Assembly: GCA_045612865.1 (NCBI GenBank)
Contig: JAZKZW010000063.1
Span: 3,911 to 67,910 of the forward strand
DNA: 64,000 nucleotides
Direction of reading: 5' to 3'
Source of the DNA: Eubacteriales bacterium
GTDB taxonomy: Bacteria; Bacillota; Clostridia; Oscillospirales; CAG-272
Position 1 is the first letter of the stretch. Each line of letters begins with the position of its first letter. A program made the translations under genes and the position numbers. Below, piece by piece: positions 39,889 to 49,806 of this stretch. The notes below the pieces were generated by a model. That model did not search any database and was not told where the DNA came from. It saw nothing but the letters and a program-made list of their open reading frames with translations.

Positions 39889-40936
39889 AATTATTAAAGC
39901 ACATCTTCCAAATGGAGATATTGACGAAAACGTAATTAAAAATGCGGCAGAAATAATAAAGCGTGGTGGCCTTGTTGTAATGCCTACCGAAACCGTTTAT
40001 GGACTTGGAGGCGATGGCACAAATCCCGATGCTGCATCAAACATATATAAAGCAAAGGGAAGGCCATCAGATAATCCTTTGATTATCCATATTGCTAATC
40101 CTTCTGATGCTGAAAAATATGCTCATACATCAAAACTATATTACGATATAGCCAAGTCCTTTATGCCCGGTCCTGTAACGGTTATCTTAGAAGCTAAAGA
40201 TTCGATACCAAAAGAAACTCGTGGAGGACTTGATACAGTAGCGGTAAGATGTCCGTCGAATAAGGTAGCGAATCTTTTGATTAAGCATTCAGGTGTACCA
40301 ATAGCTGCGCCATCTGCAAATTTATCGGGTAGCCCATCACCAACTTGTTTGTCTCACGTAATAGATGATATGAATGGTCGCGTGGATGCAATAATTGATG
40401 GAGGAAACTCAGAAATCGGTCTTGAGTCCACCATAGTGAAGATCAATGCAGATGATACATTAACGCTTTTACGACCTGGAAAAATCACTATAGGTGAGCT
40501 TATGAGCATTGCACCTGTTTCTGTAGCTGATGCTGTTACAAATAAGCTTGCAGAAGGCGCGAAGGTTCTTTCTCCCGGAATGAAGTATAGACATTATGCT
40601 CCTAAAGCTCCACTATATCTATTAGATGGTGATTTAGAGGCATCAGTAAATTATATTCGTAATGAGTCTTGTGGTGACTCTGTAGCTATAATCTGTTATT
40701 CAGAGGATATAGATGGATATAAGTCTGCACTACCTGATTATGATATTTATGATTTTGGCAATCGTGATGATGAATCTCGCCAGGCATATCTGTTATTTTC
40801 ACTTCTCAGAAATGCAGATAAAAAGAATTATGATGTAATATATGCGCCACTGCCTGATACTACAGGTGTAGGTCTTGCATTATACAATAGAATGATCCGT
40901 GCTGCTGCACACCAAATAATTAAACTTGGACGGTAA
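39878..40936 (+). CDS. tsaC: L-threonylcarbamoyladenylate synthase, long form (TsaC/Sua5/YwlC)
   Basis: YrdC-domain motifs VVMPTETVYGLGGD and APSANLSGSPSPT plus a C-terminal Sua5 domain. 352 aa. Confidence 0.92.
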   Translation: MKTEIIKAHLPNGDIDENVIKNAAEIIKRGGLVVMPTETVYGLGGDGTNPDAASNIYKAKGRPSDNPLIIHIANPSDAEKYAHTSKLYYDIAKSFMPGPVTVILEAKDSIPKETRGGLDTVAVRCPSNKVANLLIKHSGVPIAAPSANLSGSPSPTCLSHVIDDMNGRVDAIIDGGNSEIGLESTIVKINADDTLTLLRPGKITIGELMSIAPVSVADAVTNKLAEGAKVLSPGMKYRHYAPKAPLYLLDGDLEASVNYIRNESCGDSVAIICYSEDIDGYKSALPDYDIYDFGNRDDESRQAYLLFSLLRNADKKNYDVIYAPLPDTTGVGLALYNRMIRAAAHQIIKLGR

Positions 40937-40940
40937 AGAC

Positions 40941-43163
40941 ATGGCAAAAAAGAAGAAAAAAGAGCAAGAAGATATTCTCCTTGAAGAGGCAAAGCCGACC
41001 GTACAGCTTATAACCGAAACTCTAGAAAAAAACTATATGCCATACGCTATGAGTGTTATAGTTTCGAGAGCTATTCCGGAGATAGACGGTTTCAAGCCTT
41101 CTCACAGAAAACTTCTTTATACTATGTATAAAATGGGCCTATTAAATGGTCAAAAGATAAAAAGCGCCAATATTGTGGGGCAGACTATGCGTCTTAATCC
41201 TCATGGCGATTCTTCAATATACGAAACGATGGTGCGTCTTACCAGAGGACACGAGGCATTGCTTCATCCATTTGTTGACTCCAAAGGTTCATTTGGAAAG
41301 CATTACTCCAGAGATATGGCATTTGCTGCATCTCGTTATACAGAGGCTAAGCTTGATCCATTTTGTAACGAGCTTTTCTCTGGTATAGATAAGGATGCCG
41401 TTGACTTCGTACCAAACTATGATAATACCACTGAAGAACCGGTATTGCTTCCCACAACATTCCCAAATATATTGCTTTCACCTAATTTAGGTATTGCTGT
41501 AGGTATGGCGTGTTCCATTTGCTCATTCAACTTAGAAGAGCTTTGCGATGGAACGATAGCTATTTTGAAAAATCCTAATACAACAATTGATAGACTTCTT
41601 GATATAATAAAAGCTCCCGATTTCTCTGGCGGCGCACAGATTATATATGATAGAGAACAGATGCGCAAGATCTACGAAACGGGAAGTGGCAGCTTTAAGA
41701 TGCGAGCTAAATACGAATATGTTAAATCGGAGAATTGTATAGATATTCTAGAAATTCCATATTCGTCAAGCATTGAAACTATAATGAAGAAGACTACCGA
41801 TATGATCAAGTCTGGAAAATTGAGAGAAGTTACAGATGTAAGAGATGCAATAGATCTCAGTGGCTTTAAGCTTACTCTTGACCTTAAAAAAGATGCAGAT
41901 CCTGAGCTTGTAATGCAAAAGCTGTTTGCATCAACCGAGCTTGAAAATAGCTTTGATTGTAACTTCAATATTCTTGTTGAGGGAACTCCTATGCAGCTTG
42001 GTGTCAAGGAGATACTTGTAGAGTGGATCAAGTTCCGTATGAAGTGCGTAGTTCGCGAGCTCAACTATGAACTTGGTAAAAAGGAGGACAAGCTTGAGCT
42101 TTTACTTGGATTAGCAAAAATACTTCTCGATATCGATAAAGCGATAAAAATTATTCGAAACACAGAAAAAGAAGATGACGTTGTTCCAAATCTTGCAAAA
42201 GGCTTTGATCTTTCCCAAAGACAAGCAGAATACATAGCAGAAATCAAGCTTCGTAATCTTAACAGAGAATATATATTAAACAGAATAGAAGAGATCTCAA
42301 GCCTTAAAGAAAGAATTAGTGAAATCAAGGAAATACTTCGTGATGAGCTGAAAGTTAAGGCAGAGATTATATCTCATTTGAAAACTATTAAGAAAAAATA
42401 CGGCAAACCCCGAAAAACAGAGCTTATTGAAAAAGAAAACATCGTACAGCCTACAAAGGATATATTCTTTGAAAACTATAATTGTCGATTAATTATGACT
42501 AAGGGCGGATACTTCAAGAAGTTATCAGTGCAAGGTATGAGATCGGCAGATGAACAAAGACTCAAAGAAGGCGATTTTATTCTCTATCAAGAGGATACCG
42601 ATAATCGCGGTGACGTTTTGTTCTTTACAGATAAAGCTCAAATATATCGTGCTAGAGTAGCAGATTTTGATATTACAAAGCCCAGTCAGATGGGTGATTA
42701 TGTTCCTTCTAAGCTTGGAATGGATGATGACGAGCATGTAGTTGGATGCAAAATGATATATGAGATTGTTCCAACACATTATATAGTGTATATTTTCGAA
42801 AATGGAAAAGGCGTTCGCTTGCCTATGAGTGTATACGATGCAAAATCCAGAAGAAAAAAGATTACAGGAGCTTGTTCAGACGCCTCTCCCCTTGCCGGTG
42901 TTGTATATGATGAGGGCAACGGTGTTAATTTATTTATTAGAAGTGATGCTGGCAGAGGAATGGTGATAAATAGCACCAAGATAGAGGTTAAAGCTACACG
43001 TAAAGCTGCAGGAACACAAGTCATGAAGCTTCCAAAGAAAGATGTTAAAATTGAATTGGTAACCGACAGGCTTGATGATGTTGGCAAAGATGTGCTAAAG
43101 TGCAAGAAAACTGCCATACCATCAAGTGGAACAATACTTAATCAGTTTACTCTTAATTTCTAA
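40941..43163 (+). CDS. type IIA topoisomerase subunit A (GyrA/ParC-like), no adjacent B subunit
   Basis: AIPEIDGFKPSHRKLLY and catalytic Tyr context AASRYTEAKL. 740 aa from the ATG at 40941 (the track start at 40926 is TTG). Confidence 0.88.
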   Translation: MAKKKKKEQEDILLEEAKPTVQLITETLEKNYMPYAMSVIVSRAIPEIDGFKPSHRKLLYTMYKMGLLNGQKIKSANIVGQTMRLNPHGDSSIYETMVRLTRGHEALLHPFVDSKGSFGKHYSRDMAFAASRYTEAKLDPFCNELFSGIDKDAVDFVPNYDNTTEEPVLLPTTFPNILLSPNLGIAVGMACSICSFNLEELCDGTIAILKNPNTTIDRLLDIIKAPDFSGGAQIIYDREQMRKIYETGSGSFKMRAKYEYVKSENCIDILEIPYSSSIETIMKKTTDMIKSGKLREVTDVRDAIDLSGFKLTLDLKKDADPELVMQKLFASTELENSFDCNFNILVEGTPMQLGVKEILVEWIKFRMKCVVRELNYELGKKEDKLELLLGLAKILLDIDKAIKIIRNTEKEDDVVPNLAKGFDLSQRQAEYIAEIKLRNLNREYILNRIEEISSLKERISEIKEILRDELKVKAEIISHLKTIKKKYGKPRKTELIEKENIVQPTKDIFFENYNCRLIMTKGGYFKKLSVQGMRSADEQRLKEGDFILYQEDTDNRGDVLFFTDKAQIYRARVADFDITKPSQMGDYVPSKLGMDDDEHVVGCKMIYEIVPTHYIVYIFENGKGVRLPMSVYDAKSRRKKITGACSDASPLAGVVYDEGNGVNLFIRSDAGRGMVINSTKIEVKATRKAAGTQVMKLPKKDVKIELVTDRLDDVGKDVLKCKKTAIPSSGTILNQFTLNF

Positions 43164-43182
43164 CATACTTCATAAATGGCAG

Positions 43183-43216
43183 AAAAAAGGCTGCCTGACA
43201 TAATGTCAAGGCAGCC
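43183..43216 (-). terminator. intrinsic terminator of the response-regulator gene
   Basis: GGCTGCCTGACA (43189-43200) pairs with TGTCAAGGCAGCC (43204-43216) with one bulge. T6 follows on the minus strand. No T-run on the plus strand. Confidence 0.75.
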
Positions 43217-43230
43217 AAAACATAGAACTA

Positions 43231-43920
43231 TTAAATTAAGGTTTCAAATTTATAGCCTACACCCCAAACAGTTTTGAGAGTCCACTTGTCCGAAACGCCG
43301 TCAAGCTTTTCACGAAGTCTCTTTACATGAACGTCAACTGTTCTGGAGTCGCCGAGGTAATCAAATCCCCAAACTTTATCGAGAAGTTGGTCACGAGTAA
43401 AAACTCTATTGCAATTAGAAGCCAGGAAGTAGAGAAGTTCGAGCTCCTTTGGAGGAATGTCAACAGATTTATCGTTTAATTTAAGTTCATATCTCTGTAA
43501 ACTTATTTCGATATTATCAAATTTTACAACTTCATTGTCGCTGGTTTTTGAATGAGCGTTATAACGGCGGAGAACTGCTTTAATTCTTGCAGAAAGCTCC
43601 TTCATATCAAAAGGCTTTACGATGAAATCATCTGCGCCTAGCTCAAGGCCAAGAACTTTATCAAATACATCGCCTTTTGCAGTTATCATGATAACAGGCT
43701 TTGGAGATATTTCTCGGATTTCACGACAAACCTGCCAACCGTCTTTTTTTGGCATCATAATGTCGAGTAGAACGAGATCCGGCTCGTACATTTTGAAAAA
43801 GCTAACGCCGTCAACTCCATTGCTTGCAGTTTTTACCTTGTATCCTTCGTTTTCAAAGTAAAGCTTTAACATATCGCAAATATTGGGGTCGTCATCAACA
43901 ACTAAAAGTTTAGTATCCAT
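43231..43920 (-). CDS. OmpR/PhoB-family response regulator (no cognate kinase adjacent)
   Basis: Receiver motifs LVVDDDPNI and LDIMMPKKDG. Winged-helix C-terminus TVDVHVKRLREKL. 229 aa. Confidence 0.93.
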   Translation of the reverse strand: MDTKLLVVDDDPNICDMLKLYFENEGYKVKTASNGVDGVSFFKMYEPDLVLLDIMMPKKDGWQVCREIREISPKPVIMITAKGDVFDKVLGLELGADDFIVKPFDMKELSARIKAVLRRYNAHSKTSDNEVVKFDNIEISLQRYELKLNDKSVDIPPKELELLYFLASNCNRVFTRDQLLDKVWGFDYLGDSRTVDVHVKRLREKLDGVSDKWTLKTVWGVGYKFETLI

Positions 43921-43948
43921 AAATATTCCTTTCTGTATGGTGAGTAAT

Positions 43949-43990
43949 AAATTGTTAACTTTGTTAAAAAACTAAAAATCTTAACAATTT
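43949..43990. promoter_or_regulatory. 10-bp perfect inverted repeat in the response-regulator leader (operator or RNA hairpin candidate)
   Basis: AAATTGTTAA (43949-43958) is the reverse complement of TTAACAATTT (43981-43990). An extra direct TTGTTAA lies at 43961-43967. Sits just downstream of the predicted -10. Confidence 0.4.
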
Positions 43991-43991
43991 A

Positions 43992-44020
43992 ATTATACAT
44001 ACATTTTGATTTTTTGTCAA
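43992..44020 (-). promoter_or_regulatory. consensus sigma-A promoter for the response regulator (TTGACA-17 bp-TATAAT)
   Basis: Minus-strand TTGACA at 44020-44015, 17-bp spacer, TATAAT at 43997-43992. Confidence 0.6.
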
Positions 44021-44104
44021 TAAGGAAATGTGAATAATAATTAAACAATAAATTAATAAAAAACAAATTTTTAAAAAACATTTATTAGACTGGAGAATTT
44101 ATCT

Positions 44105-45199
44105 ATGAAATTAGGTATCGTCGGGCTTCCTAATGTTGGAAAGAGTACATTATTTAATGCTCTTACTAACGCAGGTGCAGAGTCCGCAAACTATCCTTTC
44201 TGCACTATTGATCCAAACGTAGGAGTAGTTGCAGTTCCGGATAAAAGGCTTGATAAGCTTGCGCAGATGTATAACCCTGATAAATATACACCCGCTATTA
44301 TCGAGTTTGTTGATATTGCAGGCCTTGTGAAGGGAGCATCAAAGGGTGAAGGTCTTGGCAACAAGTTCCTTGGTAACATCCGCGAGGTTGATGCTGTTGT
44401 TCACGTGGTAAGATGCTTTGAAAATAGCGATATTATACACGTTGAGGGAAGTATAGATCCAATTCGTGATGTTGAAACAATTGATATAGAGCTTATTCTT
44501 TCCGACCTTGAGATTGTGGAAAGAGCTATTGACAGAACAACAAAGGCTGCAAAGAGCGATAAGAAACTGCTTGAGAAGCTTGATGTTCTTGAAAAGGTAA
44601 AGAAGGCTCTTGAAGAAGGCAAAAGCGCTCGCAGCATCGGACTTGATCATGAAGAGCGTGCATGGCTTGATGAGGCAAGACTCCTTACATTAAAGCCAAT
44701 TATTTACGTTGCAAATATTTCCGAAGATGAAGTTGCAGGAGATTATGTAAATAATTCAGGTTACCAGAAGCTCAAAGCTCATGCAGATTCAGAAGGTAGT
44801 GAGATTATAGCCGTAAGTGCCCAAATAGAAGCTGAAATTGCGGAGCTTGAGGGTGAAGAAAAACTTTCATTCCTCGCAGATCTCGGAATAGAGGAAAGCG
44901 GACTTGATAAGCTTATTAAGTCTGGATATTCATTGCTTGGACTTATTAGCTTCCTCACAGCAGGTCCAAAAGAGGTTCGTGCATGGACAATAACAAAAGG
45001 CACGAAGGCTCCCGGCGCTGCTGGTAAGATTCATACCGATTTTGAGCGCGGATTCATTCGTGCCGAGGTTGTTGCATTTGACGATCTTGTAAGAGAAGGT
45101 GACCGCAACAAGGTAAAGGAAAAAGGATTGCTTCGTAGCGAAGGAAAAGAATATGTTATGAAGGATGGCGACGTAGTCGAATTCCTCTTCAATGTTTAA
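44105..45199 (+). CDS. ychF: ribosome-binding ATPase YchF
   Basis: G1 [19 protein letters not shown]-terminal TGS-like domain ending VVEFLFNV. 364 aa. Confidence 0.96.
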   Translation: MKLGIVGLPNVGKSTLFNALTNAGAESANYPFCTIDPNVGVVAVPDKRLDKLAQMYNPDKYTPAIIEFVDIAGLVKGASKGEGLGNKFLGNIREVDAVVHVVRCFENSDIIHVEGSIDPIRDVETIDIELILSDLEIVERAIDRTTKAAKSDKKLLEKLDVLEKVKKALEEGKSARSIGLDHEERAWLDEARLLTLKPIIYVANISEDEVAGDYVNNSGYQKLKAHADSEGSEIIAVSAQIEAEIAELEGEEKLSFLADLGIEESGLDKLIKSGYSLLGLISFLTAGPKEVRAWTITKGTKAPGAAGKIHTDFERGFIRAEVVAFDDLVREGDRNKVKEKGLLRSEGKEYVMKDGDVVEFLFNV

Positions 45200-47448
45200 T
45201 TAAATATATTAACAACGGTACTGAAATCTAATATTTTGGTGCCGTTTTTATTATATCTGGTCGTTATAAAATCATTTATGTATAGATTTTTACTACATAT
45301 AACAATTTTTGATATTTTCTCGTTATATATACTGAAGGATTTTGGATTAGAATACCTAGTCCCGTATGTTCCAAATATAATAACATTTATCTTTTTGATT
45401 TGAGATAACAGAACATCGTATCCATCATCATCAAGCATACCAGAAGATAAATACAGACATGTGTTTTCGCCGTTTGATAAGGTTAATGCATTTCTCTTGA
45501 TTTTATCTCCGAGCTTAGTTCTATATAAACTTTTAATTGTGTATTTTGAAAGACCTACGGTTTCTTCGTTTTGATATATGTATAATTTTACGTTGTAGTT
45601 TTCTAATTCATACTTTATATCTTCCAGCATATTTTCTTCATCTTCATTAAGTGGCATAGGTAGATATATTATATCCATTCTTATGAGTGAGAGTAATTTT
45701 CTAATATGACTTATCAATTTGTATGAGTAATTAGTTAGATAATAATAGTCGAGATGAGTAATGTAATGCTCTGTTAGAAAATCAAAGTTGTCATATGCAC
45801 TTGAAGAAGTAGAATCAGAAGAAGCAACCATAGCAGTTTGTGAATTACTTTGAAGTAATATGGCATCACCACTATCATTATGGTGATATATAGCCTTATC
45901 TACGTTATTTGTAAAAATACCAACGGTTGTTGAAGAAATTAATATAACTATAAAGCAAATGACCAGAATGCCAGCAGATTTTCGTCTGTTTCTAAAGTTA
46001 GATATAATAAATAATATGAAGGCAATGGTATAGCTGGCAACAAGTATTTGTATGAATATCGAGTCTGCAGATACGTATATCCAGTCAGGTTCTGACAAAA
46101 TTCTTGCTAATTTGTAGGTTATATCAGATACAAAGTCCAAGATGAAGCCTAAAGGTATAATATCACCAAAGATTAATACAAGCATTCCGATATAGATAAT
46201 GGCCTCTGCAAGGAGGCTGAAAACAAGAGTGCTAATACAAGATACAATAGATATTGTGCCAAATATATTAGTTGTTATAAGCAATGTAGCAGATATGGCA
46301 AAGAAGGAAGACAATAGTGAATCTAACACGATTTTTACTGCTTTATCTATAATAGTAGTTGTTTTTTTATATACCATCAGCTCTTGCATTACGACAATTC
46401 CAAGTGTGGAAAGTGCAGAAAGCCACAACGCAAGATCGTATATAGCATATGGTGAACACAGTAGTATCAAAAACACGGATATAGCTAGCGATGTTAAAGA
46501 ATCTTTGGTTTTTCCAAGTAAAAATAGAGCAGAAGATAAAATGATCATTATTCCCGCGCGAACCACGGATACTGACATCCCTGTAATTACCATGTATGAA
46601 ACAATAATTATTGATACTATTATAAAGCGTGGCTTTTTCTTTATTTTCAAAAATGAAAGCAGTGAAAGAACACCTGATGATATAATAGAAAGATGCAATC
46701 CGCTAAGCGCCAAAATATGTGTAATTCCTAGTACTTTGAAATCTAATTTAATGCGATCATTTAGCAGATCTCGCTCACCTAGAAAAAGAGCAGAGAATAA
46801 ATACGCCGAATTTTCGCTTGATAAATTAGTCATTCTATTTACAACGTGCTCTCTGATTTCTTTGAGGCGACTTGATAATGGAACTGCCGTATGTCCAATT
46901 AGTTTTATTCGGCCTATGCTCGTGGCGTTTGCATTAATACCTTTGGCAAAGTAGTAAGCATTTGCGTCAATATCAGAGAAATTTTCAAACTCTTCAAGCT
47001 TTGCATTGAATGATATTATCGCACCTGCATTATATCTTTCATCAATTTGCTGTCTTGAAACATCTAATAATATTTTATAACCCGGTTTATTTTTGTTGTT
47101 TATTTTAGATGTTTTTAGAATGACTGTTGATGAATAATCATAATCTTCTCTGGAAACGATAGTTCCTTCTATATTTACTGCTTCATCATATTGTCTGTAG
47201 AGGTCAAAATACAGATCAAAGTATATGAGAGATAGCAACATAGATACAAGCAAAGCGGTGGGAATAATTATAATCAGCTTGTTTTTAATCTTTTTCTTTA
47301 AAAACAAAAATAGTGACAAACAAATCAAGAGGATTGCCAAAGCGGTAAGCAATCCCCTTAAAATTTTGCCACTAAAGGTAAAAATGACAAAACCGCTAAT
47401 TAAAGATGTTATTATTAATAGAAGCGGGCGTTTGTCAAAAATATTCAT
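45196..47448 (-). CDS. comEC: ComEC/Rec2-family DNA internalisation channel protein with degenerate C-terminal metallo-beta-lactamase-like domain
   Basis: 750 aa. N-terminal TM plus OB-like region and a polytopic competence domain (ITHILALSGLHLSII). The C-terminal ~230 aa lacks HxHxDH. Confidence 0.8.
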   Translation of the reverse strand: MNIFDKRPLLLIITSLISGFVIFTFSGKILRGLLTALAILLICLSLFLFLKKKIKNKLIIIIPTALLVSMLLSLIYFDLYFDLYRQYDEAVNIEGTIVSREDYDYSSTVILKTSKINNKNKPGYKILLDVSRQQIDERYNAGAIISFNAKLEEFENFSDIDANAYYFAKGINANATSIGRIKLIGHTAVPLSSRLKEIREHVVNRMTNLSSENSAYLFSALFLGERDLLNDRIKLDFKVLGITHILALSGLHLSIISSGVLSLLSFLKIKKKPRFIIVSIIIVSYMVITGMSVSVVRAGIMIILSSALFLLGKTKDSLTSLAISVFLILLCSPYAIYDLALWLSALSTLGIVVMQELMVYKKTTTIIDKAVKIVLDSLLSSFFAISATLLITTNIFGTISIVSCISTLVFSLLAEAIIYIGMLVLIFGDIIPLGFILDFVSDITYKLARILSEPDWIYVSADSIFIQILVASYTIAFILFIISNFRNRRKSAGILVICFIVILISSTTVGIFTNNVDKAIYHHNDSGDAILLQSNSQTAMVASSDSTSSSAYDNFDFLTEHYITHLDYYYLTNYSYKLISHIRKLLSLIRMDIIYLPMPLNEDEENMLEDIKYELENYNVKLYIYQNEETVGLSKYTIKSLYRTKLGDKIKRNALTLSNGENTCLYLSSGMLDDDGYDVLLSQIKKINVIIFGTYGTRYSNPKSFSIYNEKISKIVICSKNLYINDFITTRYNKNGTKILDFSTVVNIFN

Positions 47449-47460
47449 ATAAAACCTCTT

Positions 47461-48429
47461 TTATGACTCCGAGATTTGTTTATCTTCGGCCTCTTTTTTG
47501 CTCTTAAATCTAAACTCGCATCCTTTAGGCATAACGAAATTAAAGCCATTAGGTATAACCTCGATATCAACACTTTGTGCGCTTGTAATTTCGCCATCTA
47601 TACAGATTGGAATAGGCATTTCAAAGTCCATCTTAAAGCGAGAAACTTGTCTATAGTCGATAAATTTCATAGCCTTTTGGTTAGATAGAAATGTACCGGC
47701 TTTGTAGTCACCGACAAGGCCTATAAATGTAAGTCTGGAAATCTTATTAATAGCACAGATGTCAATCATTCCGTCTGTAAGGGAAGCATTAGGAGCGGAC
47801 ATAAATCCACCACCACAAAATCTTCCATTACCAATTGCAGTAAGTGTAAACTCACCCTCTACAACATCACCATTGTCGTGGGTTATTTTCATATTAGTTC
47901 CAAATTTCTGGAAAAATCCTATGATAACTCCAAGAATATACGCAATGCTGGGAGAAGCAAATTTGTATTTACTTTTTATTTCATTAGCCTTTTTTGCAAC
48001 AGAACAGTCAAAACCAATATTAATCATATTAACACAGTATTGATCATTGCATCTGATAAGGTCTAAAGAAACTGGAGAGCCATCAATCTGAGCATCTATA
48101 TTGCTGAAAAGCTTGTGGTTGGTAAAGTTTCTAACAAAGTCATTGCCGGATCCACCGGGTATAACACCGAACTCTACATTTGAGTTGCAAGGCGCACTGT
48201 TTACAATCTCGTTAATTGTACCATCTCCACCAACGCAGATGAATCTTTGACGCTCGGTAGAAATGCTGATCATAGATTTTACATATTCGGTAGCATCTTT
48301 AACGCAGGTTGTATAATATATGTGGTAATTAAGATGGCGCTTTGCACATGCTGATTTTATGTGGTCTTCCATCTTAATCTGTTTTCGGCTACGTCCCGAT
48401 TTTGGATTAAGTATAAAATGATATATCAT
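47461..48429 (-). CDS. diacylglycerol/lipid kinase family protein (DagK/YegS/BmrU type)
   Basis: NPKSGRS N-terminus and GGDGTINEIVN motif. 322 aa. Its stop is 12 nt upstream of the comEC ATG. Confidence 0.88.
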   Translation of the reverse strand: MIYHFILNPKSGRSRKQIKMEDHIKSACAKRHLNYHIYYTTCVKDATEYVKSMISISTERQRFICVGGDGTINEIVNSAPCNSNVEFGVIPGGSGNDFVRNFTNHKLFSNIDAQIDGSPVSLDLIRCNDQYCVNMINIGFDCSVAKKANEIKSKYKFASPSIAYILGVIIGFFQKFGTNMKITHDNGDVVEGEFTLTAIGNGRFCGGGFMSAPNASLTDGMIDICAINKISRLTFIGLVGDYKAGTFLSNQKAMKFIDYRQVSRFKMDFEMPIPICIDGEITSAQSVDIEVIPNGFNFVMPKGCEFRFKSKKEAEDKQISES

Positions 48430-48461
48430 TATTAATTCCTCAAAGTAGACAATTTTTCTAT

Positions 48462-48490
48462 ATTATAACAAAATATAATGATTTTGTCAA
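48462..48490 (-). promoter_or_regulatory. consensus sigma-A promoter for the lipid kinase-comEC unit (TTGACA-17 bp-TATAAT)
   Basis: Minus-strand TTGACA at 48490-48485, 17-bp spacer, TATAAT at 48467-48462, about 32 nt upstream of the ATG at 48429. Confidence 0.6.
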
Positions 48491-48546
48491 CATCATCATA
48501 CAGTTGGTATAAGTGTGCTGAAGAAAAAATATTGTGTCTATTAGTA

Positions 48547-49794
48547 TTACTTGTCCCTTTGTTCTTTGCAATTAGCTAATATGTAATCGTGATACGCTTT
48601 TGCGGCCTGTTCGGTTTTATTATTTCCAAATTCATAATACTTTTTACCTATCAAGTCATCTGGTAGATAGCTTTGGCTAACATAGTGATTCTCATAATCG
48701 TGAGGATATAAATATCCTTCAAACAGTGGACTTTGTAAATGTTTTGGGACACTTATTCCCATACCGTTTGTAATGTCTTCCATAGCGCGATGGTAAGCAA
48801 GGTATGAGGAGTTAGATTTTGGCGCTGTAGCAAGTATGGTCACTACGTTTGCCAAGGGAATTGCAGCCTCCGGCATACCTAGTTGCTTTGCGCTTTCGGT
48901 TGCAGAATAAGCCAAAGATATTGCCATAGGGTATGCACAGCCAATATCTTCGCTTGCAATCACAAGAATTCTTCTGCAAGCAGATAATAAATCTCCGTTT
49001 GCGAGTATTTTTGCTAAATAGAAAACAGCAGCATCAGGATCCGATCCTCTGATTGACTTTTGTAAACAGGACAAAAGATCATAATGTGAGTCACCTGTTT
49101 TATCAAAATGACCGATAACGGATGGTGCGAGTTCTTCCACGTTTTCCTTTGTAATTTCCTTATCGGAAATGTAGAAAGAATTTTCTAGTAGTCCAATGCT
49201 CATTCGCACATCACCGCCACAAGAACGGGCTATAAACTCAAGCAAAGAATCATCGGCGATTTTACTATCACCAAAGTCACTGTTTAAGGTATTGAGGGCA
49301 TTTCTTAATGTTGGTATGCAGTCTCTAATTGAAATAGGCTTAAATTCAAAAACAGACGAACGTGAAAGAAGGGCAGGGTAAAGGCAAAAATACGGATTTT
49401 CTGTTGTAGATGCAATAAGTGTGAGTTTTCCGTTTTCCAAAAATTCAAGAAGTGATTGCTGCTGCTTTTTGTTGAAATATTGAATTTCATCTAAATACAA
49501 AAGAGTGCCGTTACTTGCAAAAATATTCTCGGTTGAAGCAACAACCTCTCGTATATCCGCCAAAGAAGCAGTAGTTGCATTGAGCTTATATAACTGCATA
49601 TTTGATTGTTTTGCAATGATGTTAGCAACCGTAGTTTTTCCTGTTCCGGGCGGACCAAAAAACACCATATTCGGTATTCTGTCATTTTCAGCCAATCTTC
49701 TTAGTATTCCGTTTTTGCCTACTAGATGTGTTTGTCCGCACACCTGGTCAAAGCTGGTTGGGCGCAGTCTGTCTGCTAGAGGTTGTATTGCCAT
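48547..49794 (-). CDS. rarA: replication-associated recombination protein A (RarA/MgsA AAA+ ATPase)
   Basis: LADRLRPTSFDQVCGQ N-terminus and Walker [14 protein letters not shown]. 415 aa. Starts 12 nt after the recG stop. Confidence 0.94.
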   Translation of the reverse strand: MAIQPLADRLRPTSFDQVCGQTHLVGKNGILRRLAENDRIPNMVFFGPPGTGKTTVANIIAKQSNMQLYKLNATTASLADIREVVASTENIFASNGTLLYLDEIQYFNKKQQQSLLEFLENGKLTLIASTTENPYFCLYPALLSRSSVFEFKPISIRDCIPTLRNALNTLNSDFGDSKIADDSLLEFIARSCGGDVRMSIGLLENSFYISDKEITKENVEELAPSVIGHFDKTGDSHYDLLSCLQKSIRGSDPDAAVFYLAKILANGDLLSACRRILVIASEDIGCAYPMAISLAYSATESAKQLGMPEAAIPLANVVTILATAPKSNSSYLAYHRAMEDITNGMGISVPKHLQSPLFEGYLYPHDYENHYVSQSYLPDDLIGKKYYEFGNNKTEQAAKAYHDYILANCKEQRDK

Positions 49795-49806
49795 TTTTAT
49801 CTCCGT

